A DNA stretch of 64,000 nt from a virus. Each line of letters starts with the position of its first letter. Positions within the stretch are counted from its first letter, which is position 1. A program made the translations under genes and the position numbers. The stretch lies in IMG/VR virus record IMGVR_UViG_3300043811_000074, positions 1-64,000 of that record, one strand, 5' to 3'. Under the pieces are notes generated by a model that was not told the DNA's origin, searched no databases, and was given only the letters and a program-made list of their open reading frames with translations. Below are positions 28,315 through 37,435 of this stretch, in pieces.

Positions 28315-28845
28315 ATGGAAAGCATCATCCTCGCCTTTCTGCTGCTGCAAACCGGCTCATCACACTGGCAGGCCCGTGAGGTTGCCACGGTCCAGCTACG
28401 GGCCTTCCTACCCGCGTCCGCGCCGGTAATCAAGTGGGGCACTCACCACAAGGACAAGGAGATAGCGACCCGTTGCACCGTCCTCTGGCGGGAGTACGTC
28501 AAGAGTTCAGCTCGGAGCAAGGCGGAAAACACCTGGCCGCGCTGGTATAAGCAGAGGCCGTGGATTGACGGCTTGCCGCGCTCATTTCCTTGCCGCAGCG
28601 CGACGATTGCCGGCTGGCTCGCCGAAGCGAGGAAGACGGTCAAGATGGACGTTTCGCCGACCTATGGTGATTACCGCCATGCCACGCTGTTATTCATGGA
28701 GCGCCTCTACCAGCTAGAAGTGTCCAAGGCAGAGATAGAAGACTTGCTGGACGTGATGGCATGGCAGGAATGGAAATGGATGACAGACCATCGGGACGCT
28801 TATCAGAAATTGCCGTGGGAGAAATTGCACTTGCCAGGATGGTAA
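28315..28845 (+). CDS. Hypothetical protein with hydrophobic N-terminus
   Basis: AGGAGG RBS. Confidence 0.65.
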   Translation: MESIILAFLLLQTGSSHWQAREVATVQLRAFLPASAPVIKWGTHHKDKEIATRCTVLWREYVKSSARSKAENTWPRWYKQRPWIDGLPRSFPCRSATIAGWLAEARKTVKMDVSPTYGDYRHATLLFMERLYQLEVSKAEIEDLLDVMAWQEWKWMTDHRDAYQKLPWEKLHLPGW

Positions 28846-28848
28846 GCC

Positions 28849-29034
28849 ATGCCGAAGCGCGTTGCAAAACTGGTGCGCTGTCTCGGTCCAGGGCCGGAAC
28901 ATTCCTTTGTGTCGCATGACCCGCTCCGGCAGCGGATTTGCCGGCGCTGCAAGAACAACAGCCACCATCCGCGCGGCTTCATCGGACCAAGTTTCGCGGA
29001 CAAGAAGAATGTGCTGGACGGAGGAAGGACTTGA
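28849..29034 (+). CDS. Small Cys-containing protein
   Basis: RCLGPG..HSF.S......RICRRC. Confidence 0.55.
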   Translation: MPKRVAKLVRCLGPGPEHSFVSHDPLRQRICRRCKNNSHHPRGFIGPSFADKKNVLDGGRT

Positions 29035-29847
29035 AAAGATACTTGCCGCCTTTTTGTCATTCCGAGAAGACGATGAAACGTGCCGCCCGCGACCATGCCC
29101 ACCGGAAGGACGTTCGCAAACAGCGCCAGCATCTTCACGCCATCAAATCCGCTGCCGAGTTGCGCCGGATTGTGCTGGGCAGTCGGGGCATTCATCAGAA
29201 AGAGCGCAGGCTTGACCAGAATGGCGATTTCAAGTAAACTCACAGGGACGAAAACAGCCCGTTGGGTTGAAAGCTCACGACTTTCCCAACAGGCCGTTTT
29301 CTTGCAGCGAATTGTCACTCCATTTGATTTTAGCAAGTCTTCGCTGCACGTCAACTTTTTTTCAAGTCGTGAGCGTACTTTCTGCTGCATCACCGAAAAG
29401 AAAATGCCGCTCCCGTCCTCGATACGGGCCTTCCTCCGAGGAAGAAAAAGGTACGTTCATCCGTGCGGTGCTTATCGTGGTGATGCCGGACGCTGGAAAG
29501 TGTAGGACTGCTGGCGCTCAGACAAGAGCGTACATTGGCCCCGACTCACAACCGGGCATCCAGCACGAAACTTTGTCGAATGACAGGCAAAGAAACGTAT
29601 CCAGCAAGGCAAAATCAATCTCCCCGCTCTGCCGAGCCTGCAACGGGGGTCCAATGGGGCGAAAGCCTTGACCGTGCCAACGCTGGGCTGTCCTCGCCGG
29701 ATCAAGACAGCAGCAAGACCAAACGCAGCGGATGCCATGCCAAGGTGCATTGGATATATGGCTGTGGTGCGCGCTGCCGAATTTTCAAGTCTTGCGAAAA
29801 TGGCCAGAGCAAGTAAAATGCAGGGCAGACCAGCGGAGGGATTCATC

Positions 29848-30072
29848 ATGCGGCAGTTGCGTCACCAGAGCGTCACGGACAAGTACGCCAATCGGACCAT
29901 GCACGTTTGGCGGAAGCGGGTGGACGGGTTTTACCTCTGCGTCCTGTGCGGCGCGATCTGTCATTACCCGCCGCCGCCTGTTGAGCCGGAGGGCTGGGAG
30001 CCGCTCCGCTATGAGGCACTCACGGATGAGGACCGGGCGCTGTCGCCGAAAGCGAACGGGGAACTGGTGTGA
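29848..30072 (+). CDS. Hypothetical protein (CxxC)
   Basis: GGAGG RBS; upstream TTGCGA-16 nt-TAAAAT at 29792-29819. Confidence 0.55.
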   Translation: MRQLRHQSVTDKYANRTMHVWRKRVDGFYLCVLCGAICHYPPPPVEPEGWEPLRYEALTDEDRALSPKANGELV

Positions 30073-30344
30073 TCGACCCGCTGACGCGCTATCTGTGGAA
30101 GCGGTATCTGGCCGCCGTGGCGCGCAATCGGAGCAAGGTATTTATCCGTTTCGCGGCGGCGCTGGTAGACATGGGTTATGAGCCGTATGCTGCGGAGTTG
30201 GACGAAAAAGATCAGGTCGGCATTGATAACAGGATCATCCCGCCACCGCAAGGGGAATTGGTCGGCGAGCGGATGCTGAAATTTCCGTGCGGTTATCGGA
30301 GCGTGGAAAAACTGTTTCGCCTTGACACCCAGCACAGGAGATAG
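30069..30344 (+). CDS. Hypothetical protein
   Basis: GTGA coupling. Confidence 0.5.
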   Translation: MIDPLTRYLWKRYLAAVARNRSKVFIRFAAALVDMGYEPYAAELDEKDQVGIDNRIIPPPQGELVGERMLKFPCGYRSVEKLFRLDTQHRR

Positions 30345-30345
30345 G

Positions 30346-30915
30346 ATGCACATTTTCCGCCGTTGCACAGGTCTCTTATCCGTTGGCTTTATGGGTTCGG
30401 GTCTGTACGTCGGCGCGGCTCTTATCGCTGAAGCCTCAACGGACCCGCTCAGCGGCAATACGGGCTGGATAGGGGCCGGGTTGTTGGGCGCTGTGTTGGC
30501 GTGGCTGATGTTCGTTCACCTGCCAGGGTTGCAAAAACAACTCAGGGAGTTTGTCGCTGAGAAAGACTGCCAGATAAGAGAGCTGATGAAGGCGGCTGCT
30601 GAGGAGAGGCAAAAGGACAGAGAATCAAGACAGAACGCCAATGAAGTCTTCCGGCAAATGCTAGGAGCGATCCAGAAGCAATACGACGACAACAGAGAGG
30701 TTGATCGCAAGGCGTTTGAGGGCCGAAACGCCATACTGGTAGGGGCCATAGAGAAACAGACTCTTGCTATCGTTGCCGCACAGAATGAGCAATCTGCCCG
30801 GATTGTCAAGGAAATGGATGGCACTTGGCAGAAGCTCGCTGGCGCGCTCAGCAACATAGTTCCCAACGGGGACATGCCGCCCGGCAGGGGCGGTCCAAGA
30901 AGGGAGCGGGACTGA
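30346..30915 (+). CDS. Membrane protein with coiled-coil tail (holin-like candidate)
   Basis: Two hydrophobic segments, GWIGAGLLGAVLAWLMFVHLP; AGGAG RBS. Confidence 0.55.
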   Translation: MHIFRRCTGLLSVGFMGSGLYVGAALIAEASTDPLSGNTGWIGAGLLGAVLAWLMFVHLPGLQKQLREFVAEKDCQIRELMKAAAEERQKDRESRQNANEVFRQMLGAIQKQYDDNREVDRKAFEGRNAILVGAIEKQTLAIVAAQNEQSARIVKEMDGTWQKLAGALSNIVPNGDMPPGRGGPRRERD

Positions 30916-31307
30916 TGAGCGACATTGTTTGGCAAGCCTTGATCGCTGCGGGTGTAACACTCGTCTTGGCCTGGATGAATCAGCGTACCAAGAACGCTGT
31001 TACCAGCGCTGCCGATAAAGCGGCTACCAAGGTTGAGGAAGTCAAGGATACATTAGAGAGTCACAACGAGGCCAGCGCGGATAAGCTGGCGGAAATGGCA
31101 GAAGTTGGCGAGGCGACTCATACGCTTGTCAACTCAGCAATGGGCGCGCAGCTCCGCCTCCATGCCGCGACTGCCAGAGCATTGGCCGAGCAGACCCATC
31201 TGCCGGCGCATACCGCGGCTGCCGATCTAGCGGAAAAATTGCTGGCGCAGCACGAAGCAAAACAGAGAAGAGTTGACAATATGATCGCGGAGAATACCGA
31301 AAAGTGA
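30915..31307 (+). CDS. Membrane-anchored coiled-coil protein
   Basis: N-terminal TM (IVWQALIAAGVTLVLAWM); THTLVNS motif. Confidence 0.6.
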   Translation: MSDIVWQALIAAGVTLVLAWMNQRTKNAVTSAADKAATKVEEVKDTLESHNEASADKLAEMAEVGEATHTLVNSAMGAQLRLHAATARALAEQTHLPAHTAAADLAEKLLAQHEAKQRRVDNMIAENTEK

Positions 31308-31330
31308 TACAATGAACCCGGAGAACGTCA

Positions 31331-31531
31331 ATGGTCGGGAAATTCGTCTCCTACTCCGCGCCCGTCATGAGAATATCGCACGACGACCGCCCGGACAGTG
31401 AATACTACGTCAGCGCCACGGTCACGGTGACATTGAACGGGCGCACGGCGCGCATGTCAGACTTGCAACCGGGCGACCGCGTGGTGCTGCTAGGCGACCC
31501 GGCGGTGACGGTAACGGCTGAGAGGGATTAA
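31331..31531 (+). CDS. Small OB-fold-like protein
   Basis: VTLNGRTARMSDLQPGDRV. Confidence 0.55.
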   Translation: MVGKFVSYSAPVMRISHDDRPDSEYYVSATVTVTLNGRTARMSDLQPGDRVVLLGDPAVTVTAERD

Positions 31532-31534
31532 ATC

Positions 31535-31693
31535 ATGCTGCTGATTCTGCTGGTAATTCTGCTCATCCTGTGCCTGGGCGGCGGAGGCTGGGGTCAGTAC
31601 AACGGCCAGCCGTGGGGCGGCCCCGGCATCGGGCTGGGCGCAATTCTCTTGATAATCTTGATCGTGCTTTTGCTCTCAGGTCACAGTTTTTGA
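31535..31693 (+). CDS. DUF3309-like small membrane protein (52 aa)
   Basis: MLLILLVILLILCLGGGGWG...GGPGIGLGAILLIILIVLLLSG. Confidence 0.65.
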   Translation: MLLILLVILLILCLGGGGWGQYNGQPWGGPGIGLGAILLIILIVLLLSGHSF

Positions 31694-31707
31694 AAGGTGG
31701 GCGCATC

Positions 31708-31902
31708 ATGTCCTTTTTCGCGGTCATCTTTGTGGTCCTCATGATTCTGGCGCTGTTTGGCGGCGGGTATGCTTGGCGACCAATCGGTCCAACGCCGAAC
31801 TATGGTCCCTTCGGTGCATGGTTCATGTTGTGGCTGTGCGTGGCCATTCTCGGCTACATCGTCCTGGCTGGCGGTGGCGCTGGCACGATGGTCATTCACT
31901 GA
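31708..31902 (+). CDS. Small two-TM membrane protein
   Basis: MSFFAVIFVVLMILALFGG...; AAGG RBS. Confidence 0.6.
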   Translation: MSFFAVIFVVLMILALFGGGYAWRPIGPTPNYGPFGAWFMLWLCVAILGYIVLAGGGAGTMVIH

Positions 31903-31944
31903 CCCCTGTTCCGTCCCAACGCCATTTTCTAGGATGGAACCAGC

Positions 31945-32112
31945 ATGACCGACGCCGCCGACGCGCTCTTTCTGGCGCTGACCGCCCTGGCCGTGGGCCT
32001 TCTGTCCGGCATCGTCATCGGCTTCAATCTGGCGCAGCAGGCCATGCGGCGGCAGACGGTCAGGCTGTACCGGAACATGCGGGACGTTGCCAAACGCACA
32101 ACGAAACGATAG
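31945..32112 (+). CDS. Small single-TM protein with basic tail (55 aa)
   Basis: MTDAADALFLALTALAVGLLSGIVIGF... Confidence 0.5.
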   Translation: MTDAADALFLALTALAVGLLSGIVIGFNLAQQAMRRQTVRLYRNMRDVAKRTTKR

Positions 32113-32122
32113 CATTTCTCCA

Positions 32123-32344
32123 ATGACCGAACCCCGCACAGTCGGCCCTGGACAGACCGAAATCAGCGAATATCAGGCGCTGACGCTGATCCTGCGCCAG
32201 CTGGCGGACCTCAAAGCCACGGTGGACACCATCGCGCAGGCCGTATTAACTCAAGATCAGGTCGATGCCTTGACCGCACAGCTCAAAGCCAGTAACGATC
32301 AACTCCAAGCCGCTCTCAACCCAACGAAAGAGGAACCAACATGA
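32123..32344 (+). CDS. Small coiled-coil protein
   Basis: VDALTAQLKAS motif, similar to the next gene; start uncertain. Confidence 0.55.
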   Translation: MTEPRTVGPGQTEISEYQALTLILRQLADLKATVDTIAQAVLTQDQVDALTAQLKASNDQLQAALNPTKEEPT

Positions 32345-32586
32345 GCGTACCGCTTCTCGACGCCTTGACCGCCCAAGTAACCGCAACAACCACGGTGGAA
32401 CAATCCGCCCTGACCTTCATCAATGGCGAAGCGGCCCGCATTCAGGCTGCCGTCAATGCAGCGCTGGCAGGCGGCGCAACGGCTGCGGACCTTGCGCCGG
32501 TACAGGCGGAAATCGACGCCATGAAAGCATCGGCGGCTTCCATCAGCGCGGCGATTGTCGCCAATACGCCGGCAGCGCCTCATTGA
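32341..32586 (+). CDS. Small Ala-rich helical protein
   Basis: GAGGA RBS; LDALTAQV. Confidence 0.65.
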   Translation: MSVPLLDALTAQVTATTTVEQSALTFINGEAARIQAAVNAALAGGATAADLAPVQAEIDAMKASAASISAAIVANTPAAPH

Positions 32587-32604
32587 TCGTTCGGTTCGTT
32601 GTGG

Positions 32605-32650
32605 CGCTCGCTCCGGCTTCCAGTAGTTCTGGTCGGGGCGGGCGTTTTCT
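32605..32650 (+). terminator. Probable intrinsic terminator
   Basis: CGCTCGCTCCGG...TCGGGGCGGGCG-TTTTCT. Confidence 0.5.
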
Positions 32651-32665
32651 CTACGGCGCAGGATC

Positions 32666-32785
32666 ATGCACGATTCGCCGCCACCCATATCTTCCTGGCG
32701 TATCTTCTGCCTCTTCGTGGCCCTGGTGCTGCTGGGCGCGATGCTGTTCGCCTGCCTGATCTTCTTTCTGTGGGGGCCGCCGTGA
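32666..32785 (+). CDS. Small single-TM protein (39 aa)
   Basis: AGGA RBS; its TGA overlaps the GTG of the next gene. Confidence 0.5.
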   Translation: MHDSPPPISSWRIFCLFVALVLLGAMLFACLIFFLWGPP

Positions 32786-34332
32786 CCGCACGCACACAAC
32801 TTGCGGCCCTGTTCTTCGCCTACCTCTGCGCGGTCGCACGAGTACAGGCCCAGCCTGCCGAGTGGTGGCTGCGCAGTCCCGCTGATCAGGTTATGGCCGC
32901 AGCAGAAGACATTCAAAAGTACCCCCCGGAAATAGCGCAGTACATCCGCTATCTGGACCTGGCTCAGCTGACGCCAAAGCAGCGCGGGGAGTTGTACGTC
33001 GTCTACTGTGGACACCTGCAACACCTCTCGACGCGCACCAGCATCACCAATGCCAAGCCGGTCCTTGGCAACGGCGGTTCGCTCCTGCGCATCAACGCGC
33101 TGGACTACGGCAAAAGTTTCGCCGGAGCGTGGGAGAACCTGAAAGAGTTTGACCCCTACTTTCATCAGCGGTTCAAGACGACGGCGGACGTGCAGACGAA
33201 AAAAAGCTACTACTGGCCGGGCGGCAAGGGCGACGACGGCGAAGAGTACCCGGCCGGGACGTACTATCGTACGGTGACGATCAAGAAAAACACCGTCACG
33301 AATCTGCCCGCGCCGTGGCTGTCGCCGACCCCATCGCACAAGGCGGCGCTGACGAAACTGTACGCGCTCTCCAAGAGCGAGATTCCGATTGTCCATGCCG
33401 ATTGGTTCCTCTGGCAGACGGCGATTCAGGAGGATCGGGGACCGGCAGGGTATTACGATTTCCTCGGCGTGAAAGATCAGGCGTCTTACGAAAAGATCAT
33501 CGGCTTTTCGCAGAAGGTATTCGACGGCATAGGCAAGGTGGAATTACGCGCCGCCGTGGGCATCTCCGGGGTGACGTTGCAACCCCGCGCCATCGCCCGC
33601 TTCGGTGCGGTGGATTCTCCCTATTGGAAGACGTTTGACTTCCGGCTTGCTACTGGCGATAAAAACCCGCTGCAAGTGCTGGGCAAGGACATTGAAAAAG
33701 ATTTCGATGCGAGCGAGACTTTTGGTGTCTTGCCGAACGGCTTTTGGATTACCGGCCTGTTCAATAAAAAGGGCGAAGTCGTCAACTCGGCGCCCCCTGA
33801 CATCGCGGGCAACCATCTGGCGCGGGGCAATGACAAGCGCGTCCACGTCAACCTGTCTTGCATCGAATGTCATAGCAACGCGGGCTTGCAGGATTTTTCC
33901 GACTGGATCAAGCACATGGTGACGCCGCCGCCCGCGAACCAGTTGATCGGGCTGGACTATGAAGATTTGCTGCTCAAGCGCGATCAGTACCTACGGCAGT
34001 TGAAACCGTTTCTGTCCAAGGATAGGATAACGTACACGGAAGCCGTGCGCGAAGCCACGGGCATGAAGCCGCCTGAGTACGCGAAAGCCTACGCCGATGC
34101 GTGGTACAGCTACGATCAGGCGCAAGTCAATCTGGCCTGGGTGAGCCGCGACCTCGGCATTCCAGAGAAAGAACTGCGAACGATTTTGGGCAGCATGGTG
34201 TCAACGTGGAAGGGTGATTTGGTGCTGACCGCGCTCTTGAAAGACGACGGCACACACCTGCCGATCAGACAATATCATGAGAGCCTTGGGCGGATCATGG
34301 AAGCGGCGGTATCTTACGCGAGGAAGAAATGA
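32782..34332 (+). CDS. Secreted protein with a c-type heme motif
   Basis: Signal peptide ending VQA; YWKTFDF, LPNG and SCIECH (CxxCH). Confidence 0.7.
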   Translation: MTARTQLAALFFAYLCAVARVQAQPAEWWLRSPADQVMAAAEDIQKYPPEIAQYIRYLDLAQLTPKQRGELYVVYCGHLQHLSTRTSITNAKPVLGNGGSLLRINALDYGKSFAGAWENLKEFDPYFHQRFKTTADVQTKKSYYWPGGKGDDGEEYPAGTYYRTVTIKKNTVTNLPAPWLSPTPSHKAALTKLYALSKSEIPIVHADWFLWQTAIQEDRGPAGYYDFLGVKDQASYEKIIGFSQKVFDGIGKVELRAAVGISGVTLQPRAIARFGAVDSPYWKTFDFRLATGDKNPLQVLGKDIEKDFDASETFGVLPNGFWITGLFNKKGEVVNSAPPDIAGNHLARGNDKRVHVNLSCIECHSNAGLQDFSDWIKHMVTPPPANQLIGLDYEDLLLKRDQYLRQLKPFLSKDRITYTEAVREATGMKPPEYAKAYADAWYSYDQAQVNLAWVSRDLGIPEKELRTILGSMVSTWKGDLVLTALLKDDGTHLPIRQYHESLGRIMEAAVSYARKK

Positions 34333-34577
34333 CCTACTTTCGGCAATGCCTTTTATCCAAAATTGTTCAGCAAGGCAACGCGACGTATGAATTGCGACAA
34401 ACGGCGTGGTTGCCAGAGCAATTTGTTACGCTGGGAGGAGCCGTGCGTATCAGGTCCAGAGGTACAGAGTGGGATGATGACTGGCGCATTGCTTGGTGTG
34501 GTGAACGAATTGCGGAGAATTTGATTCACGAACACCGATTGGAAAGCGGTTCCCATGCGGCATGTACTGCTGATTAG
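34329..34577 (+). CDS. Hypothetical protein
   Basis: ATGA coupling. Confidence 0.5.
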   Translation: MTYFRQCLLSKIVQQGNATYELRQTAWLPEQFVTLGGAVRIRSRGTEWDDDWRIAWCGERIAENLIHEHRLESGSHAACTAD

Positions 34578-34589
34578 GCAAGGGAAGCA

Positions 34590-34859
34590 ATGCAATTTAC
34601 CACAGCCCACACTCGCATGATTGTTCTGGACCACTCTGGCCACTGGTTGCCCTACCCGCTCCGCGGCGACACCGAGACGGGCATCGTGGTGCAACAGGTC
34701 CGCGACAGCGATGGCTGCCCGGTGTTCAGCCACGGTCAGCCCGTCACGGAAAAGGTGGTCTATGATGCGCCGTTGACCGTGCGGGCGAATGTCGGGGAAA
34801 GATCGGTGGCAGCGCTCAAGCAAGAGAATATGGCCAAACCAAAGAGCAAGTGGATATGA
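34590..34859 (+). CDS. Hypothetical protein
   Basis: RBS and operon fit. Confidence 0.55.
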   Translation: MQFTTAHTRMIVLDHSGHWLPYPLRGDTETGIVVQQVRDSDGCPVFSHGQPVTEKVVYDAPLTVRANVGERSVAALKQENMAKPKSKWI

Positions 34860-34973
34860 TCGTGACGGGCGCGTTTCTGATCGTCGGCACGGCAGCCATT
34901 TTCCTTTGCGAAGGGCTGTACCGCTTTGTCGAGTGGATGATTCGGGGTGATGAATAAAGAAGGGAGACAAATC

Positions 34974-35654
34974 ATGCGAACGCTTTTTCTGATCCTGATT
35001 CCCGTGCTGGCGCTCTGTGCCATTCCGGGCAGCGCCGATGCGACCGGCTGCCACGTCAGCCCGTCCTACGTCAGCAGCTACAGCTACTACACGCCGAGCT
35101 ATAGCTACACCCCGACCTACGCCACGCTCGCCACAACTTTCGTCCCGGTGTTCGTGCCGAGCTACGGCGTGGGCTACTCCGGGGCGGCCAGCACGACCTC
35201 GACCACCAGCGGCAGCAGCGCCGATCTGTTGCAGTTGCAGCTGGAAATCGAAAGATTAAAGGGAAATTACAAGGACCTTCAGATACAATACCTACAGGAC
35301 AAGGCCAAGGGCGTCGCTGCTGTTGCACCACAGGCACCTTACCAGCCGCCGCCTCAGAAGGCGCAAGAGCCGTTGCCGAAGCCTGTAGGCGTCAATCCGG
35401 CCCTGCAAATCGCGTCGGCACGGTGCGCCGCCTGCCATGACGAGACGAATGCCAAGGCGAAGGGGAATAACTTCCTCTTGTTCAAAGGCGGCCGGATGGA
35501 CCACCTGACGCCGGCCGACAAGCTGCTGGTCCAGAAGGAGGTCTGGACCGGCCGGATGCCGAAAACGGGTGCGAAGCTCTCCGATCAGGAAATCTCCGTG
35601 CTGATTGAAGACCTGATCGGCGCAACGCCGCAAGTCACCCCGGAAAAGAAGTGA
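34974..35654 (+). CDS. Secreted monoheme cytochrome c domain protein
   Basis: Signal peptide (ADA); Tyr/Ser-rich linker; RCAACH; distal GRMPK Met; LSDQEI helix. Confidence 0.78.
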   Translation: MRTLFLILIPVLALCAIPGSADATGCHVSPSYVSSYSYYTPSYSYTPTYATLATTFVPVFVPSYGVGYSGAASTTSTTSGSSADLLQLQLEIERLKGNYKDLQIQYLQDKAKGVAAVAPQAPYQPPPQKAQEPLPKPVGVNPALQIASARCAACHDETNAKAKGNNFLLFKGGRMDHLTPADKLLVQKEVWTGRMPKTGAKLSDQEISVLIEDLIGATPQVTPEKK

Positions 35655-35661
35655 GACGAAT

Positions 35662-35886
35662 ATGGAACCGGCCTTTTGGCTCTTGATGGTGTTGTCCTGG
35701 GTAACGTTCGCTGTTGCCATGATTTCAACCCACTGCGCCTATCGGAACGGTGTCACGGACGGCTATGGTTACGCGAAGGAACCTGGCTGTCCTGGTTATC
35801 GTGCCGCTGGTGAGTACCTGAAGAAACGAATGGCCCATCGGTGGCCTGAACTAAAGTCTCAACCTCAAAAGGAGTCCCAACCATGA
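35662..35886 (+). CDS. Small membrane-anchored protein
   Basis: N-terminal TM; AYRNGVTDG. Confidence 0.55.
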   Translation: MEPAFWLLMVLSWVTFAVAMISTHCAYRNGVTDGYGYAKEPGCPGYRAAGEYLKKRMAHRWPELKSQPQKESQP

Positions 35887-36410
35887 AAACGATGCTCGCT
35901 CTGTTCGCCCTGATCGCCCTGACCGTCTCGGCTCAGGCGCAATGCGTCGGCCCGACGGCCAGCTTCAGCTACAGCAGCGCCGTGGTCTGCCCGCAGGTGA
36001 TCGTCCCCAGCGTGCAAATTGTGCAGCCGCAGGTGATTGTCCAACCGGCCTTTGTGCAGACCTACGCCGTGCCCGCCGTGACAGTTTGCCCGCAAGTGCA
36101 GGTCCAGGCGGCTTTCGTGCCCAGCGTGTCCTACGGTGCGAATTTCGCGGCTGTGGGCTATGGTGGGGCGCAATTCAATACCTTCGGCGCGCATGCGTCC
36201 TTTAACCGCTTCAACACATTCCACGGTGTCGGCATCAACCGCTTCGGCTTCCATGCGGGCGGCTTCGGGGCAAGTGCTGCCGTCGTCAACGGTGGGTTTG
36301 GGGCGTCGGCTTCGCTGGTGAGCGGTAATTCGGCGATTGCCGCAGCCGGAGCCAACAGCGTCAAAATCAGGAAGGGTCTTTTCGGTCGCACGATTGTCAA
36401 GGCCAAGTGA
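35883..36410 (+). CDS. Secreted low-complexity Val/Gln/Gly/Phe protein
   Basis: AAGGAG RBS; signal peptide ending AQA; VCPQV repeats; KGLFGR tail. Confidence 0.7.
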   Translation: MKTMLALFALIALTVSAQAQCVGPTASFSYSSAVVCPQVIVPSVQIVQPQVIVQPAFVQTYAVPAVTVCPQVQVQAAFVPSVSYGANFAAVGYGGAQFNTFGAHASFNRFNTFHGVGINRFGFHAGGFGASAAVVNGGFGASASLVSGNSAIAAAGANSVKIRKGLFGRTIVKAK

Positions 36411-36436
36411 TTTTCAGGTAAGCCTCCTGTAGCGCA

Positions 36437-36472
36437 AAACCGGCAAGGGACAACCAACCTTGCCGGTTTTTA
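36437..36472. terminator. Bidirectional terminator
   Basis: AAAACCGGCAAGG...CCTTGCCGGTTTTT between convergent genes. Confidence 0.8.
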
Positions 36473-37129
36473 TTTCACAACCAGCAGGTCGATCAGCGCC
36501 TGCACTTCCGATTTCGACAGGCCGGGTTGCACTCGTGTCATCTTCTTCGCGAGCGAGGCGTCCAGATCATTTATGCTCGTTGGCCGCGAACTGCCCCATG
36601 TCACTTTCAGCGTCGTCTCCGTGACAGAGTAGATCGCCAGGACGGGGCAATTAGTCTTCTTACCTTCAAACAGCAAGTCCATGCGCTTTGGCGTCGTGTT
36701 CGGATTGATCTTGATAACGTACTCCATGTTCGCCAACGATGGTGGCCAGTCATCGCAGTTTTTCACCAGCTTGTTGCCGTCGATAGTCCAGCGCTCCGTC
36801 GTAACCGTCCGGTCGAGCGACTGCGTATCCGGCCAGGATTGCTCCCACGTCCCTTGCAGTAGTTCGGCATCGTGCTTTGACAATTTCTTATCAACGAACG
36901 CCTTAAAATCTGCTGTACCTTTCTTCCAAAGAGCAAATTCTTTCTCTAGTTCTTCGGGGCAGTCCTGAACAACGGGAACGGAAACAGCCGCCCAATGAAC
37001 ATTGGCGCAGTGCTGGTGCGGCGACGGTCCTAATAGCCAGCATAAGAGGACGACAGTTGCCATGCTGACGCCAATGCCGAACAGACTGCCGACAAGTTCC
37101 GGCGAGATGGACTTCTGTTGATTGCTCAT
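36470..37129 (-). CDS. Membrane-anchored TIGR03067-like (Planctomycete) domain protein
   Basis: DAELLQGTW, WTIDGNKL, INPNTTPKRMDL, AIYSV...TLKV. Confidence 0.75.
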   Translation of the reverse strand: MSNQQKSISPELVGSLFGIGVSMATVVLLCWLLGPSPHQHCANVHWAAVSVPVVQDCPEELEKEFALWKKGTADFKAFVDKKLSKHDAELLQGTWEQSWPDTQSLDRTVTTERWTIDGNKLVKNCDDWPPSLANMEYVIKINPNTTPKRMDLLFEGKKTNCPVLAIYSVTETTLKVTWGSSRPTSINDLDASLAKKMTRVQPGLSKSEVQALIDLLVVK

Positions 37130-37278
37130 GGCTTCCCTTTCTGTTTTGCCCAGCGCGCCTTGACGGCAGCGCGGGCCTGTTCGCTCCGTTGTTCAGCGGT
37201 CATGTTCTTGGCGCGGGCCTTGCCGCCACGCCTGCCAAGCTCAATCGCCGCCCTGGATTTTTTCTTACCGCTTCGCAT
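37126..37278 (-). CDS. Small basic protein (LGRRGGKARA type)
   Basis: MRSGKKKSRAAIELGRRGGKARAKNMTAEQRSEQARAAVKARW; upstream TTGACG-18 nt-TACAAT (37314-37285), leaderless. Confidence 0.7.
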   Translation of the reverse strand: MRSGKKKSRAAIELGRRGGKARAKNMTAEQRSEQARAAVKARWAKQKGKP

Positions 37279-37435
37279 AAACCGATTGTAGGCGAACACG
37301 ATGCTTAGCGTCAAGTAGAAACCGCCAGTTTTTTTCATGCGCCCGTCTTCACCAATCTTTCTTGCCGTTTTCGCGGCGGCGGGATAGGATAAAGGGCAAC
37401 ACTGTCTGCATTTCTTTTCACAACGGGAGTCCAAC

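Noticed and set aside
32599-32781. N-terminal extension of the 577-aa ORF
   Set aside because: Crosses a terminator-like hairpin and a separate small gene; the signal peptide starts at GTG 32782.
35060-35130. Short AGCTAC-type repeats
   Set aside because: Ser/Tyr low-complexity coding sequence, not a CRISPR array or iteron.
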